Below are positions 1-8,283 of a stretch of 23,855 nucleotides of DNA, in pieces. Under the pieces are notes generated by a model. The model was given only the letters and a program-made list of their open reading frames with translations, searched no databases and had not been told where the DNA came from. The position numbers and the translations under genes are program-made. This DNA is from Armatimonadota bacterium (GTDB lineage: Bacteria > Armatimonadota > Zipacnadia > Zipacnadales > UBA5352): the NCBI GenBank assembly GCA_034722055.1, contig JAYENL010000252.1, positions 1 to 23,855 on the forward strand. Reading direction: 5' to 3'. The number at the start of each line of letters is the position of its first letter. Positions within the stretch are counted from its first letter, which is position 1.

Positions 1-20
1 TCTACGAGGGGCTAAACGGC

Positions 21-168
21 GCGCAGGCGGGGGCGCCTGCGCTGATGGTCGGGCTGGAAGCCCGTGAGACCGAAGGTCTCCAGTGGGCCGGGGTGGAACC
101 TGCGCGGTCAGTCGCTACCGCTCCTGACCGCGCCCCGCTCGCTTCGCTCGCGGCGGCCCCTCCATGGC
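21..168. repeat. Cluster of REP-like palindromes, including a split TGGAGGGGCCG...GGTTCCACCCCGGCCC element on the minus strand
   Basis: Hairpins gcgcaggcg/cgcctgcgc (21-42), gagacc-gaa-ggtctc and gcgcggtcag/ctgaccgcgc. The ends of 84-168 match 23713-23840 in reverse complement. Confidence 0.65.
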
Positions 169-240
169 AGCAGCAGAGCCACGACCGCAGCGCTGCATAC
201 TACGCAGACTTCTGCCACTGGGCGATAGCCCGTCAGGGGG

Positions 241-1518
241 TCACGGCGCGTCCTCAGACAGTGCCTCCAGCAGTGCCGGGAAGCCTTCCCGCGCGGTCAG
301 CTCCGGGCCGTACTGCCAGTAGCAGTGCGAGAAGCCGAACTGGCGCAGCAGCCTGCCCTGGTCCCGGAGATACTGCTGCGCGGTCTCGGCCGGACTCTCG
401 GCATCGCCCCATTCCCCGAGCAGCACCGGCGCGCTGAGCCGCTCGGAGACCTGCTGCATGCGCTCGAAGGCCAGACGCGCTCGCTCCGGATTGCCATCGT
501 AGGGCGTGCCCGGCGCGCAGCCGGGATCGTAGAAGTGCGGGGCGTAGGCGAGCTGCACATTCGCGAGGCCCTCGGTGCGCTGCAGGAAGCTGTTGGCACC
601 GGAGGCGGCGGCGATGTGCGGCTCCAGGAAGAAGATGGCGTCCGGTGTAACCTCACGGATGGCTGCCACCACCCGCTCGTAGAACGGCAGCAGCCTCTCG
701 CGCTCGAAGCGCGCGAAGAAGTCGTCGCCGAGGTCGATGGCGGCGAAGTACCGCTCCGGATCGCGGAGCAGCTCGGCGGCCCCCTCCGTGCGCGCCGGAG
801 AGAACAGGACCATGGCATTGGCGCCCTCAGGCAGTACCTCACTGAGCTCGCCCAGCGCCGCCAGCGCCTCCGGGTAGGCGAAGGCGTTGCCGTAGAAGGG
901 CTCGTTGAGCAGATCATAGCCGATGACCGCAGGATGACTGCCGAGCACCTCTGCGACGTGCGTCCAGGCAGCGACGAAATGATCCTGAAGGCCTTTTCCG
1001 TCGGGCGCCGGTACATCGGTCCAGAGATTCTCGAAGGCCATGATCACGGCCGGCTCAAAGTACCCGGCCGCCCAGCTCAGGCTCCTGTCGGGATTGTAGG
1101 CCAGGCCGCCATCGACGGTCGCCCACTCTGGCGCACCATCGCCGCCGAACTTCTCCCCGTAGAGATCCTGGTGCATGTCCAGGATCACCCACAGCCCCGC
1201 CTCGTGGGCCCAGTCAAGCCGCTGGCGCATGGCGGCCAGGTAGTCAACATCGTACTGCCCCGGCCGGGGCTCGATCGCCGCCCAGATGATGAGCATACGG
1301 ACGCAGTTGCAGCCCCAGTTGGCCATCGTGGCGATGTCCTGGCGCGTTTGCCAGGGGAGGTAGGGCGGGCGCTTCGAGGACTGGGCCACATTCAGCCCGC
1401 GCAGGATGACCGGCTCACCGTCCGGGTCGATGAAGTCCGCGCCATCGACACTCACCGGGCCGGCCAGCACGGGCGGGGCCGTCAGGCAGATCAAAGCGGC
1501 ACACAGGAGCGTGCTCAT
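241..1518 (-). CDS. Secreted glycoside hydrolase family 5 (endoglycoceramidase-like cellulase-family protein)
   Basis: 425 aa with an N-terminal signal peptide. Motifs LRGLN, VRMLIIWAAIEP, ILDMHQDLY, acid/base YDLLNEP, YAPHFY and nucleophile LLGEWG. Confidence 0.9.
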   Translation of the reverse strand: MSTLLCAALICLTAPPVLAGPVSVDGADFIDPDGEPVILRGLNVAQSSKRPPYLPWQTRQDIATMANWGCNCVRMLIIWAAIEPRPGQYDVDYLAAMRQRLDWAHEAGLWVILDMHQDLYGEKFGGDGAPEWATVDGGLAYNPDRSLSWAAGYFEPAVIMAFENLWTDVPAPDGKGLQDHFVAAWTHVAEVLGSHPAVIGYDLLNEPFYGNAFAYPEALAALGELSEVLPEGANAMVLFSPARTEGAAELLRDPERYFAAIDLGDDFFARFERERLLPFYERVVAAIREVTPDAIFFLEPHIAAASGANSFLQRTEGLANVQLAYAPHFYDPGCAPGTPYDGNPERARLAFERMQQVSERLSAPVLLGEWGDAESPAETAQQYLRDQGRLLRQFGFSHCYWQYGPELTAREGFPALLEALSEDAP

Positions 1519-2072
1519 GGTCGCTCACCGCTCGACGAGATGATGGCACGGCCACCGACGCCCGGCGGGGAACACCGCCGCAGGATTTCATTCGCCGCGG
1601 CGGCCTCGACGGGGGATCCGGCGCGTTTGCCCACCAGGTCTCTGCGCCAGGCTACACATCCACCCGCCGAACTGTACAATGCACCCGCCGCCTGCCAGGT
1701 TCCTCCCTGGCCTCGGGGGTCCCGTCAGGCAACGGCCAGACCAGCCTCGGCAGCACAGCCTGGGACTCGGAGCGCAACCGGCCGATCCGGTCTCGACAGC
1801 CGGGTCCACGATGAGTGCTCGGGCGCCTGCCACTCATCATGGCATGCCGGCCAGACAGCGCCGACGCACGGCCTGCCGCACGACGGGAAGCGTTGGCCGC
1901 CGCCGCAGGTGCATCGCTTCGCGTAAGCCAACGCCGAAGGAGTAACGGCCGGGCCGGGATGGAGCCTGTCGCCTGCGTAAAAGGCCGCGCAGGCGGCACC
2001 CTCGCTCGGGAGAGGGGCGCCAACGCCTCCGCGCGGGGTCGTCGTTGCGGGGAGAGGCTCGCAGCGTCGCGC

Positions 2073-2119
2073 GCTGTCGCCGTTGCCGTGGCTGGTAGCT
2101 GATAGCTGGCAGCTTGCAC
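2073..2119 (-). repeat. Short AGCTAWC-type heptamer array with ACGGCAACGGC tail
   Basis: The minus strand reads gtgca-agctgcc-agctatc-agctacc-agccacggcaacggcgacagc, the same module as at 8284-8356. Confidence 0.7.
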
Positions 2120-2140
2120 GTTGGTGCACGTTGCCTCTGG

Positions 2141-2169
2141 TTGACTCCCCTGAGGGCCTGTGCTATACT
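2141..2169 (+). promoter_or_regulatory. Sigma-70-type promoter for the yvcK-gap-pgk-tpiA operon
   Basis: TTGACT (2141-2146), 17-bp spacer, extended -10 TG-c-TATACT (2161-2169). Confidence 0.65.
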
Positions 2170-2349
2170 CGGCGCTGGCGCCCACATGGGGCGCTGCTGT
2201 GTCAGTATGGCGCATCTTCGCGACAGACGGTTGACGCAGCCGGGACCTGCATGCCGCGCCGCCCCAACCCGAGCCGGAACCCAGAGAGACTATGACCGTG
2301 TCCGCCGGCGCCTGGACCGGCGCGCAATGACAGGGGGCTTGCTGAAAGC

Positions 2350-3639
2350 ATGAACGGCGCCCTCCGCAGAGCCCTCGGCTGGCTGCACCCGGGGCTGAAG
2401 GTCAAGCGCTGGCTGGCCCTGCTTACGCTGGGCCTGGCGGCGCTGAGCTTCGGCACCCTGCTCATTGCCAATCTGACGGTTTTCGACCTTATGGGCTCGC
2501 TGGGAGGGCCTCAGCGAGCCACCGCGGTGGGTATCGCCGCGGTGATTCTGGGCCTGGCGGCGGTAGCGGTGGCGCTGCGGCAGCTTGTGCGCTCGGTTGC
2601 CAGCGCCCTGCATCCCGAGGCAGGGAGCCGCCTGGTGGACCTGATGCTCAACCAGCGGCGGCTGCAGGTGGGTCCGCGGGTGGTGACGATCGGCGGCGGC
2701 ACCGGACTGTCCACGATCCTGCGGGGCCTCAAGCAGTTCACCACCAACATCACGGCGATCGCGACCGTGGCCGATGACGGGGGGAGCTCGGGGCGCCTGC
2801 GCGAGGACATGGGCGTGCCGGCGCCGGGTGACATCCGCAACTGCCTGGTGGCGCTGGCGGACTCCGAGCCCCTGATGACGGAGCTGTTTCAGTATCGCTT
2901 CAACGGTCAGGCCCGGGGGCTGAACGGACACAGCTTCGGGAACCTTCTCATAGCCGCGCTCACCGAGATCACCGGCGACTTCGAGCAGGCCATCAGGGAG
3001 ACCAGCCGCGTCCTGGCCATTCGAGGCCGCGTGCTTCCCCCCACTGCCGACCCAGTGACCCTCTGCGCCAAGATGAGAGACGACAGCGTGGTGCGGGGGG
3101 AGTCCAGCATCACCGCCGCGGGCAAGGAGATTGACTACGTGTACCTCGACCCGCCCGACCCCGGGGCGCCGGAGGAGGTCACGCGGGCCATCTCCAGGGC
3201 GGATCTGATCGTCATCGGCCCCGGCAGCACCTTCACCAGCGTGATCCCCAACTTCCTGGTGTCCGGGGTCTGCGAGGCAGTGATGCACAGCGGGGCCACC
3301 AAGGTCTTCATATGCAACATTATGACACAGCCCGGGGAGACGACCGGCTTCACCGCCGCCGACCACGTGCGGGCTATCCAGCGGCACACCGGCGAGCTCC
3401 CCTTCGACTATGTGCTGATGAACAGCGCGCCGGTGGAGGAGTCGGTGCTGGAGAAGTACCGCGCCACCGGCGCGGACATCGTGGAGCCTGATTACACCGC
3501 CGTGGCCCGCATGGGCCTCATCCCCGTGCGAGCGGAGCTGGTCAGCCTCACGGCCGACGGCTGGGTGCGTCACGACCCTCGAGAGGTGGCCGGCAAGCTC
3601 GTGGAACTGCTCCAGGAGCGCGCTCCGGCGCTGGTGTGA
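2350..3639 (+). CDS. yvcK: Gluconeogenesis factor YvcK/GlmR (CofD-related UPF0052 family) with N-terminal membrane anchor
   Basis: Motifs IGGGTGLS, TVADDGGSSGRLR, PGDIRNCLVALA, GHSFGNL and IGPGSTFTSVIPN. Two hydrophobic N-terminal segments follow WLHPGLKVKRW. Confidence 0.92.
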   Translation: MNGALRRALGWLHPGLKVKRWLALLTLGLAALSFGTLLIANLTVFDLMGSLGGPQRATAVGIAAVILGLAAVAVALRQLVRSVASALHPEAGSRLVDLMLNQRRLQVGPRVVTIGGGTGLSTILRGLKQFTTNITAIATVADDGGSSGRLREDMGVPAPGDIRNCLVALADSEPLMTELFQYRFNGQARGLNGHSFGNLLIAALTEITGDFEQAIRETSRVLAIRGRVLPPTADPVTLCAKMRDDSVVRGESSITAAGKEIDYVYLDPPDPGAPEEVTRAISRADLIVIGPGSTFTSVIPNFLVSGVCEAVMHSGATKVFICNIMTQPGETTGFTAADHVRAIQRHTGELPFDYVLMNSAPVEESVLEKYRATGADIVEPDYTAVARMGLIPVRAELVSLTADGWVRHDPREVAGKLVELLQERAPALV

Positions 3640-3716
3640 TGACCCGACGTGGACGCAGCCGCATCCTCCCACGCGTGGAGAGTTGACTTCTCGCACAATC
3701 CCAAGGAGGGATCGAA

Positions 3717-4736
3717 GTGGCAGTGAAGGTAGGAATCAACGGCTTCGGCCGAATCGGTCGCCAGGTCTTCAAGGTGATCTGGGAGACGTATCGCGACAGC
3801 ATCGAGGTCGTGGCAGTCAACGACCTCACCGACGATGAGACGCTGGCGCACCTGCTCAAGTACGACAGCGTCTACGGCCGGTTCGAAGGCGCTATCGACA
3901 CCGGCGACCAGGAGATCATCGTGGACGGGGTCTCCGTGACGAGCCTGGAGGAGCCGGAGCCGGCCAAGCTCCCGTGGGGAGACCTGGGCGTGGAGCTGGT
4001 GGTGGAGTCCACAGGCTTCTTCCGCGACCCGGCCGACGCGCGCAAGCACATCGAGGCCGGAGCTAAGAAGGTCATCATCTCCGCACCGGCCAGGGGCGAG
4101 GGCTGCCCGACCTTCGTTCTGGGCGTCAATGACGACGGCTACGACCCGGAGGCGCACGATATCGTCTCCAACGCCTCCTGCACCACCAACTGCCTGGCCC
4201 CGATGGCGAAGGTGCTCAACGACAGCTTCGGGATCGTGCGCGGGCTGATGACGACCATCCACTCCTACACGTCCGGCCAGAACATCCTGGACGGGCCGCA
4301 CAAGGACCTGCGCCGGGCCCGCTCCGCCGCCATCAACCTGGTGCCCACCACTACAGGCGCCGCCATCGCCATCGGCCTGGTTATCCCCGAGCTCGACGGT
4401 AAGCTCAATGGCATGGCCATCCGCGTGCCCACCCCCACCGGCTCGGTCGTGGACCTGACGGTGGAGCTGGGGGAGGCGGCCGGACGCGATGAGGTCAACG
4501 CCGCCTTCGAGGCGGCCGCAACCGAGGGACCGCTGGCCGACTACCTGGCCTACACCGAGGAGCCCATCGTGCTGCAGGACATCGTCGGCCACCCGGCCTC
4601 GTGCATCCTCGACGCCGACAGCACCTACGAGATCGGCGGGGACTTCATCAAGGTCCTGGGCTGGTACGACAACGAATGGGGCTACTCGTGCCGAACCGCC
4701 GACCTGATCAAGAAGATGGGCGACATGGGCATTTAG
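3717..4736 (+). CDS. gap: Type I glyceraldehyde-3-phosphate dehydrogenase
   Basis: GINGFGRIGR, catalytic SNASCTTNCLAP and WYDNEWGYS. GTG start preceded by the RBS AAGGAGG. Confidence 0.98.
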   Translation: MAVKVGINGFGRIGRQVFKVIWETYRDSIEVVAVNDLTDDETLAHLLKYDSVYGRFEGAIDTGDQEIIVDGVSVTSLEEPEPAKLPWGDLGVELVVESTGFFRDPADARKHIEAGAKKVIISAPARGEGCPTFVLGVNDDGYDPEAHDIVSNASCTTNCLAPMAKVLNDSFGIVRGLMTTIHSYTSGQNILDGPHKDLRRARSAAINLVPTTTGAAIAIGLVIPELDGKLNGMAIRVPTPTGSVVDLTVELGEAAGRDEVNAAFEAAATEGPLADYLAYTEEPIVLQDIVGHPASCILDADSTYEIGGDFIKVLGWYDNEWGYSCRTADLIKKMGDMGI

Positions 4737-4752
4737 CCCGCACCGAACACCG

Positions 4753-4786
4753 CAGGCGCCGCCTCCGACCGAGGCGGCGCCTGTTT
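4753..4786 (+). terminator. Intrinsic terminator or mRNA-stabilising hairpin between gap and pgk
   Basis: 13-bp perfect stem caggcgccgcctc/gaggcggcgcctg with a 5-nt loop, followed by a short TTT tail. Confidence 0.6.
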
Positions 4787-4816
4787 CGCTATGGCGCTCG
4801 CATGGGAGGGAAGGGA

Positions 4817-6001
4817 ATGGACAAGAGGACGATCCGCGACGTTGACTACGCCGGCAGACGAGTCCTGGTACGCGTGGACTTCAACGTCCCGCTCGAGGAC
4901 GGGAACATCACCGACGACACCCGCATCGAGTCCGCACTGCCCACCATCCACGCACTGGTTGACGAGGGCGCCAGGGTCGTGCTGTGCTCCCATCTCGGGC
5001 GGCCCGGCGGAGAGCCGGATTCGGAGCTGTCGCTGCAGCCCGCTGCAGACCGTCTCGGCGAGATGGTCGAGGCCCCCGTGAGGATGGCGCCCGACTGCAT
5101 CGGCGACGAGGTCGCCGGCATGCGCGCGGAGCTGGGTGAGGGCGAGATTCTGGTGCTGGAGAACACGCGCTTTCGCCCTGGCGAGGAGGCCAACGATGAC
5201 GATTTCGCCGAGCAGCTCGCTGGCGACGCCGAGCTTTACGTTGATGACGCCTTCGGGAGCATGCACCGAGCGCACGCCTCCACCGTGGGCGTGACGCAGT
5301 TCATTTCCGACTGCGTGGCCGGCCTGCTGGTGGAGGAGGAGCTGAAGAGGCTCGAGCCCTGCCGGGAGGCGTCCGGCGACGGCTTCATCGTGATCCTCGG
5401 CGGCGCAAAGGTCGAGGAGAAGATCAAAGCCATCAGCCAGCTCCTGCCGCGCGCGGAGCGGCTGCTCATCGGCGGCGCCATGGCCTGGGCGTTCCTGAAG
5501 GCTCGGGGGCTGGAGATCGGGGAGTCCCTGTGCGAGGATGAGAGCCTGGAGGCGGCGAGGGAGATCGAGGCGGAGATGGCCGACCTCCTCGACCGCATGA
5601 TCCTGCCGGCGGACGTCCATATCAGGCAGGTCAAGCCGGACACAGGACAGACGAAGTACGTGCCGGTTACGGAGATGGGGCCCGGCTGGGACGGGCTGGA
5701 CATCGGCCCGGAAACCCAGAGCCGGTTCGCACAGATGGTTCAGGACGCGGAGATCGTGTTCTGGAACGGGCCCATGGGGTACTTCGAGAGGAAGCCCTTC
5801 GATGAGGGGACTCGCGTGGTGGCCGCGGCCCTGGCCGAAACCGACGCCTACACCGCCGTGGGCGGCGGGGACTCAGTGGCCGCCATCACGGAGATGGGCT
5901 TCGAGGATGACATGAGCCACATCTCCACCGGCGGCGGGGCGTCGCTGGAGTTCGTGCAGGGCGACGATCTGCCGGGGGTCGAGGCGCTGGACGACAAGTA
6001 G
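4817..6001 (+). CDS. pgk: Phosphoglycerate kinase
   Basis: RVDFNVP, SHLGRP, DAFGSMHRAHAS, LDIGP, WNGPMG, GGGDS and HISTGGGASLE. Start reassigned to ATG 4817 (MDKRTIRD) after GGAGGGAAGGGA. Confidence 0.97.
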   Translation: MDKRTIRDVDYAGRRVLVRVDFNVPLEDGNITDDTRIESALPTIHALVDEGARVVLCSHLGRPGGEPDSELSLQPAADRLGEMVEAPVRMAPDCIGDEVAGMRAELGEGEILVLENTRFRPGEEANDDDFAEQLAGDAELYVDDAFGSMHRAHASTVGVTQFISDCVAGLLVEEELKRLEPCREASGDGFIVILGGAKVEEKIKAISQLLPRAERLLIGGAMAWAFLKARGLEIGESLCEDESLEAAREIEAEMADLLDRMILPADVHIRQVKPDTGQTKYVPVTEMGPGWDGLDIGPETQSRFAQMVQDAEIVFWNGPMGYFERKPFDEGTRVVAAALAETDAYTAVGGGDSVAAITEMGFEDDMSHISTGGGASLEFVQGDDLPGVEALDDK

Positions 6002-6073
6002 CGATCCCGAGGCCCGCACGCTGGCGCGGGCCGACACAGACTCAGGCCGATGCAGAATCAGGGAGTGATGCAG

Positions 6074-6886
6074 GTGCGCACGCCCGTGATGGCCGGAAAC
6101 TGGAAGATGAACTGCGACAACGCGGAGGCGAAGGCCCTCGCCGACGGGGTGACGGCCCGGGCCGGCCAGGAGGAGAGAGCGCTGGTGATCCTGTGCCCGC
6201 CCGCCACGGCGCTGTCCACCGTCGAGGAGAGCATCCGCAACTCGAGGATCAAGCTCGGCGGCCAGAACATGTTCTGGGAGGAGGAGGGCGCCTACACCGG
6301 CGAGGTCGCCGCCAAGATGCTGCTCTCCTGCGGCTGTGACTACGTCATCATCGGTCACTCCGAGCGCCGGGGGCGCTTCGGCAGCGTCGATGAAGAGGAC
6401 GCCGAGGACCTCGACGCCATCTTCGGCGATATCGACTCCACCGTCAATCGCAAGATCCACGCCGCGCTGGACGGCGGCCTGCGGCCCATCGTGTGCGTCG
6501 GCGAGCTGCTCAGCGAGCGCCAGGCCGGCAACACCGACGAGGTGGTTGAGGGGCAGGTCGGCGCCGCCCTCGACGGCGTGAGCGCCGCGGGGGCCGCCAA
6601 GGTCATCATCGCTTACGAGCCGGTCTGGGCCATCGGCACGGGTGAGGTCTGCGACGCCGATGAGGCCAACCGCGTCTGCGGGATGATCCGGCAGACGGTG
6701 GCCGGCATCTACGACCCGGAACTGGCAGAGGGCATGCAGATACTCTACGGGGGCTCGGTCAAGCCCGAGAACGTGGAGGGCCTCATGGCCCAGGAGCACA
6801 TCGACGGCGGGCTGGTCGGCGGCGCCTCGCTCGATGCGCAGTCCTTCGGCACGCTGGTGCAGGTCGCGGCCGCCAGCGCCGAGTAG
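6074..6886 (+). CDS. tpiA: Triosephosphate isomerase
   Basis: AGNWKMN, GAYTGEV, IIGHSERR, AYEPVWAIGTG, LYGGSV and LVGGASL. GTG 6074 start chosen from RBS AGGGAG spacing; ATG 6068 is an alternative. Confidence 0.97.
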   Translation: MRTPVMAGNWKMNCDNAEAKALADGVTARAGQEERALVILCPPATALSTVEESIRNSRIKLGGQNMFWEEEGAYTGEVAAKMLLSCGCDYVIIGHSERRGRFGSVDEEDAEDLDAIFGDIDSTVNRKIHAALDGGLRPIVCVGELLSERQAGNTDEVVEGQVGAALDGVSAAGAAKVIIAYEPVWAIGTGEVCDADEANRVCGMIRQTVAGIYDPELAEGMQILYGGSVKPENVEGLMAQEHIDGGLVGGASLDAQSFGTLVQVAAASAE

Positions 6887-6914
6887 GGCCGCGCATCCGG
6901 AACGCTGTAAGACG

Positions 6915-6944
6915 GGAGCCGCTGGCATCAATGCCAGCGGCTCC
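6915..6944. terminator. Inverted repeat between the convergent tpiA and flgL genes (probable bidirectional terminator)
   Basis: 14-bp perfect inverted repeat ggagccgctggcat-ca-atgccagcggctcc, with no strong U-tract. Confidence 0.55.
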
Positions 6945-6994
6945 GCCCGTTCTGCCTGATGAGCCTCGGGACGCGCGCCCGCGAGGGATGCAGC

Positions 6995-7918
6995 TCACCA
7001 GGAGAGCTCGAAAAGCGTCGGTATCTGAGACAGCTTGGAGGTCGCGGCCAGGGCCGCCTGGTAGCAGACCTGCTGGTGCTGCAGCTCCATGAGGGCCTCG
7101 GCGACGTCCACGTCCTCGGTGTCCGAGAGGACCTCGCGGGCCGCGACCTCGGCGGCGGCGGCGGATCGCTGAGCATCCTCGACGCGCTGCACGCGCGCGC
7201 CGAGGACGCCCCGCTGCTCGACGACGTGATGGTGCAGCCGGTCGATGTCCTCGGCCAGGCCCACCACCGCGTTGTCGTCACCGGCCTCAATGGCCTCCGC
7301 GAGGCCGTCCAGGAGCGTGAACAGGTCGCTGTCCACCTCCGGGACGGCACGGGCGCCGCCCGCGTCGGTGAAGTTGAAGAGCCGGTCGCCGGGGATGGTT
7401 ACCTCCATGGGCCGCCCCGGCGCCACCCACAGCTCCATGCCCTCGGAGTCGCCATTGTAGACCACCCCCCCGGCTGCGTCCTCAAAGGGCCTCGTCCGGC
7501 TGAGCTTGCCGGCGAAGAGGTACTCGCCCTGTGCGGCGGCGTTGGCCTCATCGAAGATGCGGTTCCGGTGGCTGCGGACAATGGCCGCCTGGCTGGCGCG
7601 GGCGGCCTGGGTCAGTCCCGGCTGGGTGCATGCAAGGGCGATGTCCCTGACGGCGCGCAGGGCTGTCGCCATGTTACCGAGCGCGGTGTCCGCCGGCCCG
7701 GTCAGGCGTACGGCGCGCTGAAGCACCTTCTGGCGGTTCACCACCTTCGCAAGGTCCGCGCGGGCGTTGATGATGGCGCTCACGGCCACCGGGTCGTCCG
7801 AGGGGCGGGTGAGGCGCTTGCCCGAGGAGAGCTGGCGGCTGAGGCGCCGCAGGTCCTGCTGGGCCCGCGCCAGGCTCCTGACGATGTCGCTGTTGTACCC
7901 GCGTGTCGATACGCGCAT
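6995..7918 (-). CDS. flgL: Flagellar hook-associated protein 3 FlgL
   Basis: Flagellin-like N-terminus (MRVST...QLSSGKRLTRPSDDP), YLFAG, YNGD and C-terminal EDVDVAEA...YQAAL...PTLF. Lies downstream of flgK. Confidence 0.93.
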   Translation of the reverse strand: MRVSTRGYNSDIVRSLARAQQDLRRLSRQLSSGKRLTRPSDDPVAVSAIINARADLAKVVNRQKVLQRAVRLTGPADTALGNMATALRAVRDIALACTQPGLTQAARASQAAIVRSHRNRIFDEANAAAQGEYLFAGKLSRTRPFEDAAGGVVYNGDSEGMELWVAPGRPMEVTIPGDRLFNFTDAGGARAVPEVDSDLFTLLDGLAEAIEAGDDNAVVGLAEDIDRLHHHVVEQRGVLGARVQRVEDAQRSAAAAEVAAREVLSDTEDVDVAEALMELQHQQVCYQAALAATSKLSQIPTLFELSW

Positions 7919-7940
7919 GAGCGGCCTCCGTGGTTGCGTG

Positions 7941-8080
7941 AGCTACAAGCTGCAAGCTAACAGCTATCAGCTAACAGCTATCAGCTATCAGCTATCAGCT
8001 ATCAGCTATCAGCTATCAGCTATCAGCTATCAGCTATCAGCTAACAGCTATCAGCTATCAGCTAACACCTAACGGCTACA
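7941..8080 (+). repeat. Heptamer tandem repeat array, about 20 units, consensus AGCTA(T/A)C
   Basis: Directly visible: nine consecutive perfect AGCTATC units (7976-8038) among AGCTAAC variants, with degenerate edge units. Confidence 0.97.
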
Positions 8081-8283
8081 GCAACAGCGCGTGGCGTCGT
8101 GGCGCTGAGGCCCGTGCCCCGCGGGCGTTATCATGCCGTGCCGTTTGGTCGTCGTTCCGCATCTTTCCGCGTTCAGCCCACGGAAAACGGCGCATGGACA
8201 GGCGCGTCCGTGCCACGGAACGGCGACGTTCGCCGTGCCGTTTGGAGGGGCCGGTCTCCGTCCCGGCCCGGCCGTTGTTGTTG

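Noticed and set aside
1961..2020. Group II intron domain V-like sequence (GAGCC...GGGAGAGGGG)
   Set aside because: Helix length and bulge do not fit domain V and no RT gene is present. It is better explained as REP-like hairpins.
1588..2295. Small ORFs in the GH5/yvcK intergenic region
   Set aside because: Low-complexity Arg/Pro/Ala translations crossing repeat hairpins, with no convincing RBS or motifs.
2114..2353. ORF overlapping the yvcK start (ATGA) as a possible rapZ remnant
   Set aside because: No RapZ motifs such as GCTGGxHRSV, and it spans the predicted promoter.
4601..4816. N-terminal extensions in the ORF track for pgk, flgH (12578-12826), the lipoprotein (18601-19290) and the barrel-like protein (20558-20731)
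   Set aside because: They overlap upstream genes. The downstream starts have an RBS, translational coupling or a signal peptide.
7767..8072. ORF with SYQLSAI peptide repeats
   Set aside because: It is the translation of the heptamer array and is antisense to flgL, with no independent support.
7941..8080. CRISPR array
   Set aside because: Contiguous 7-mers with no spacers, and no cas genes in the window.
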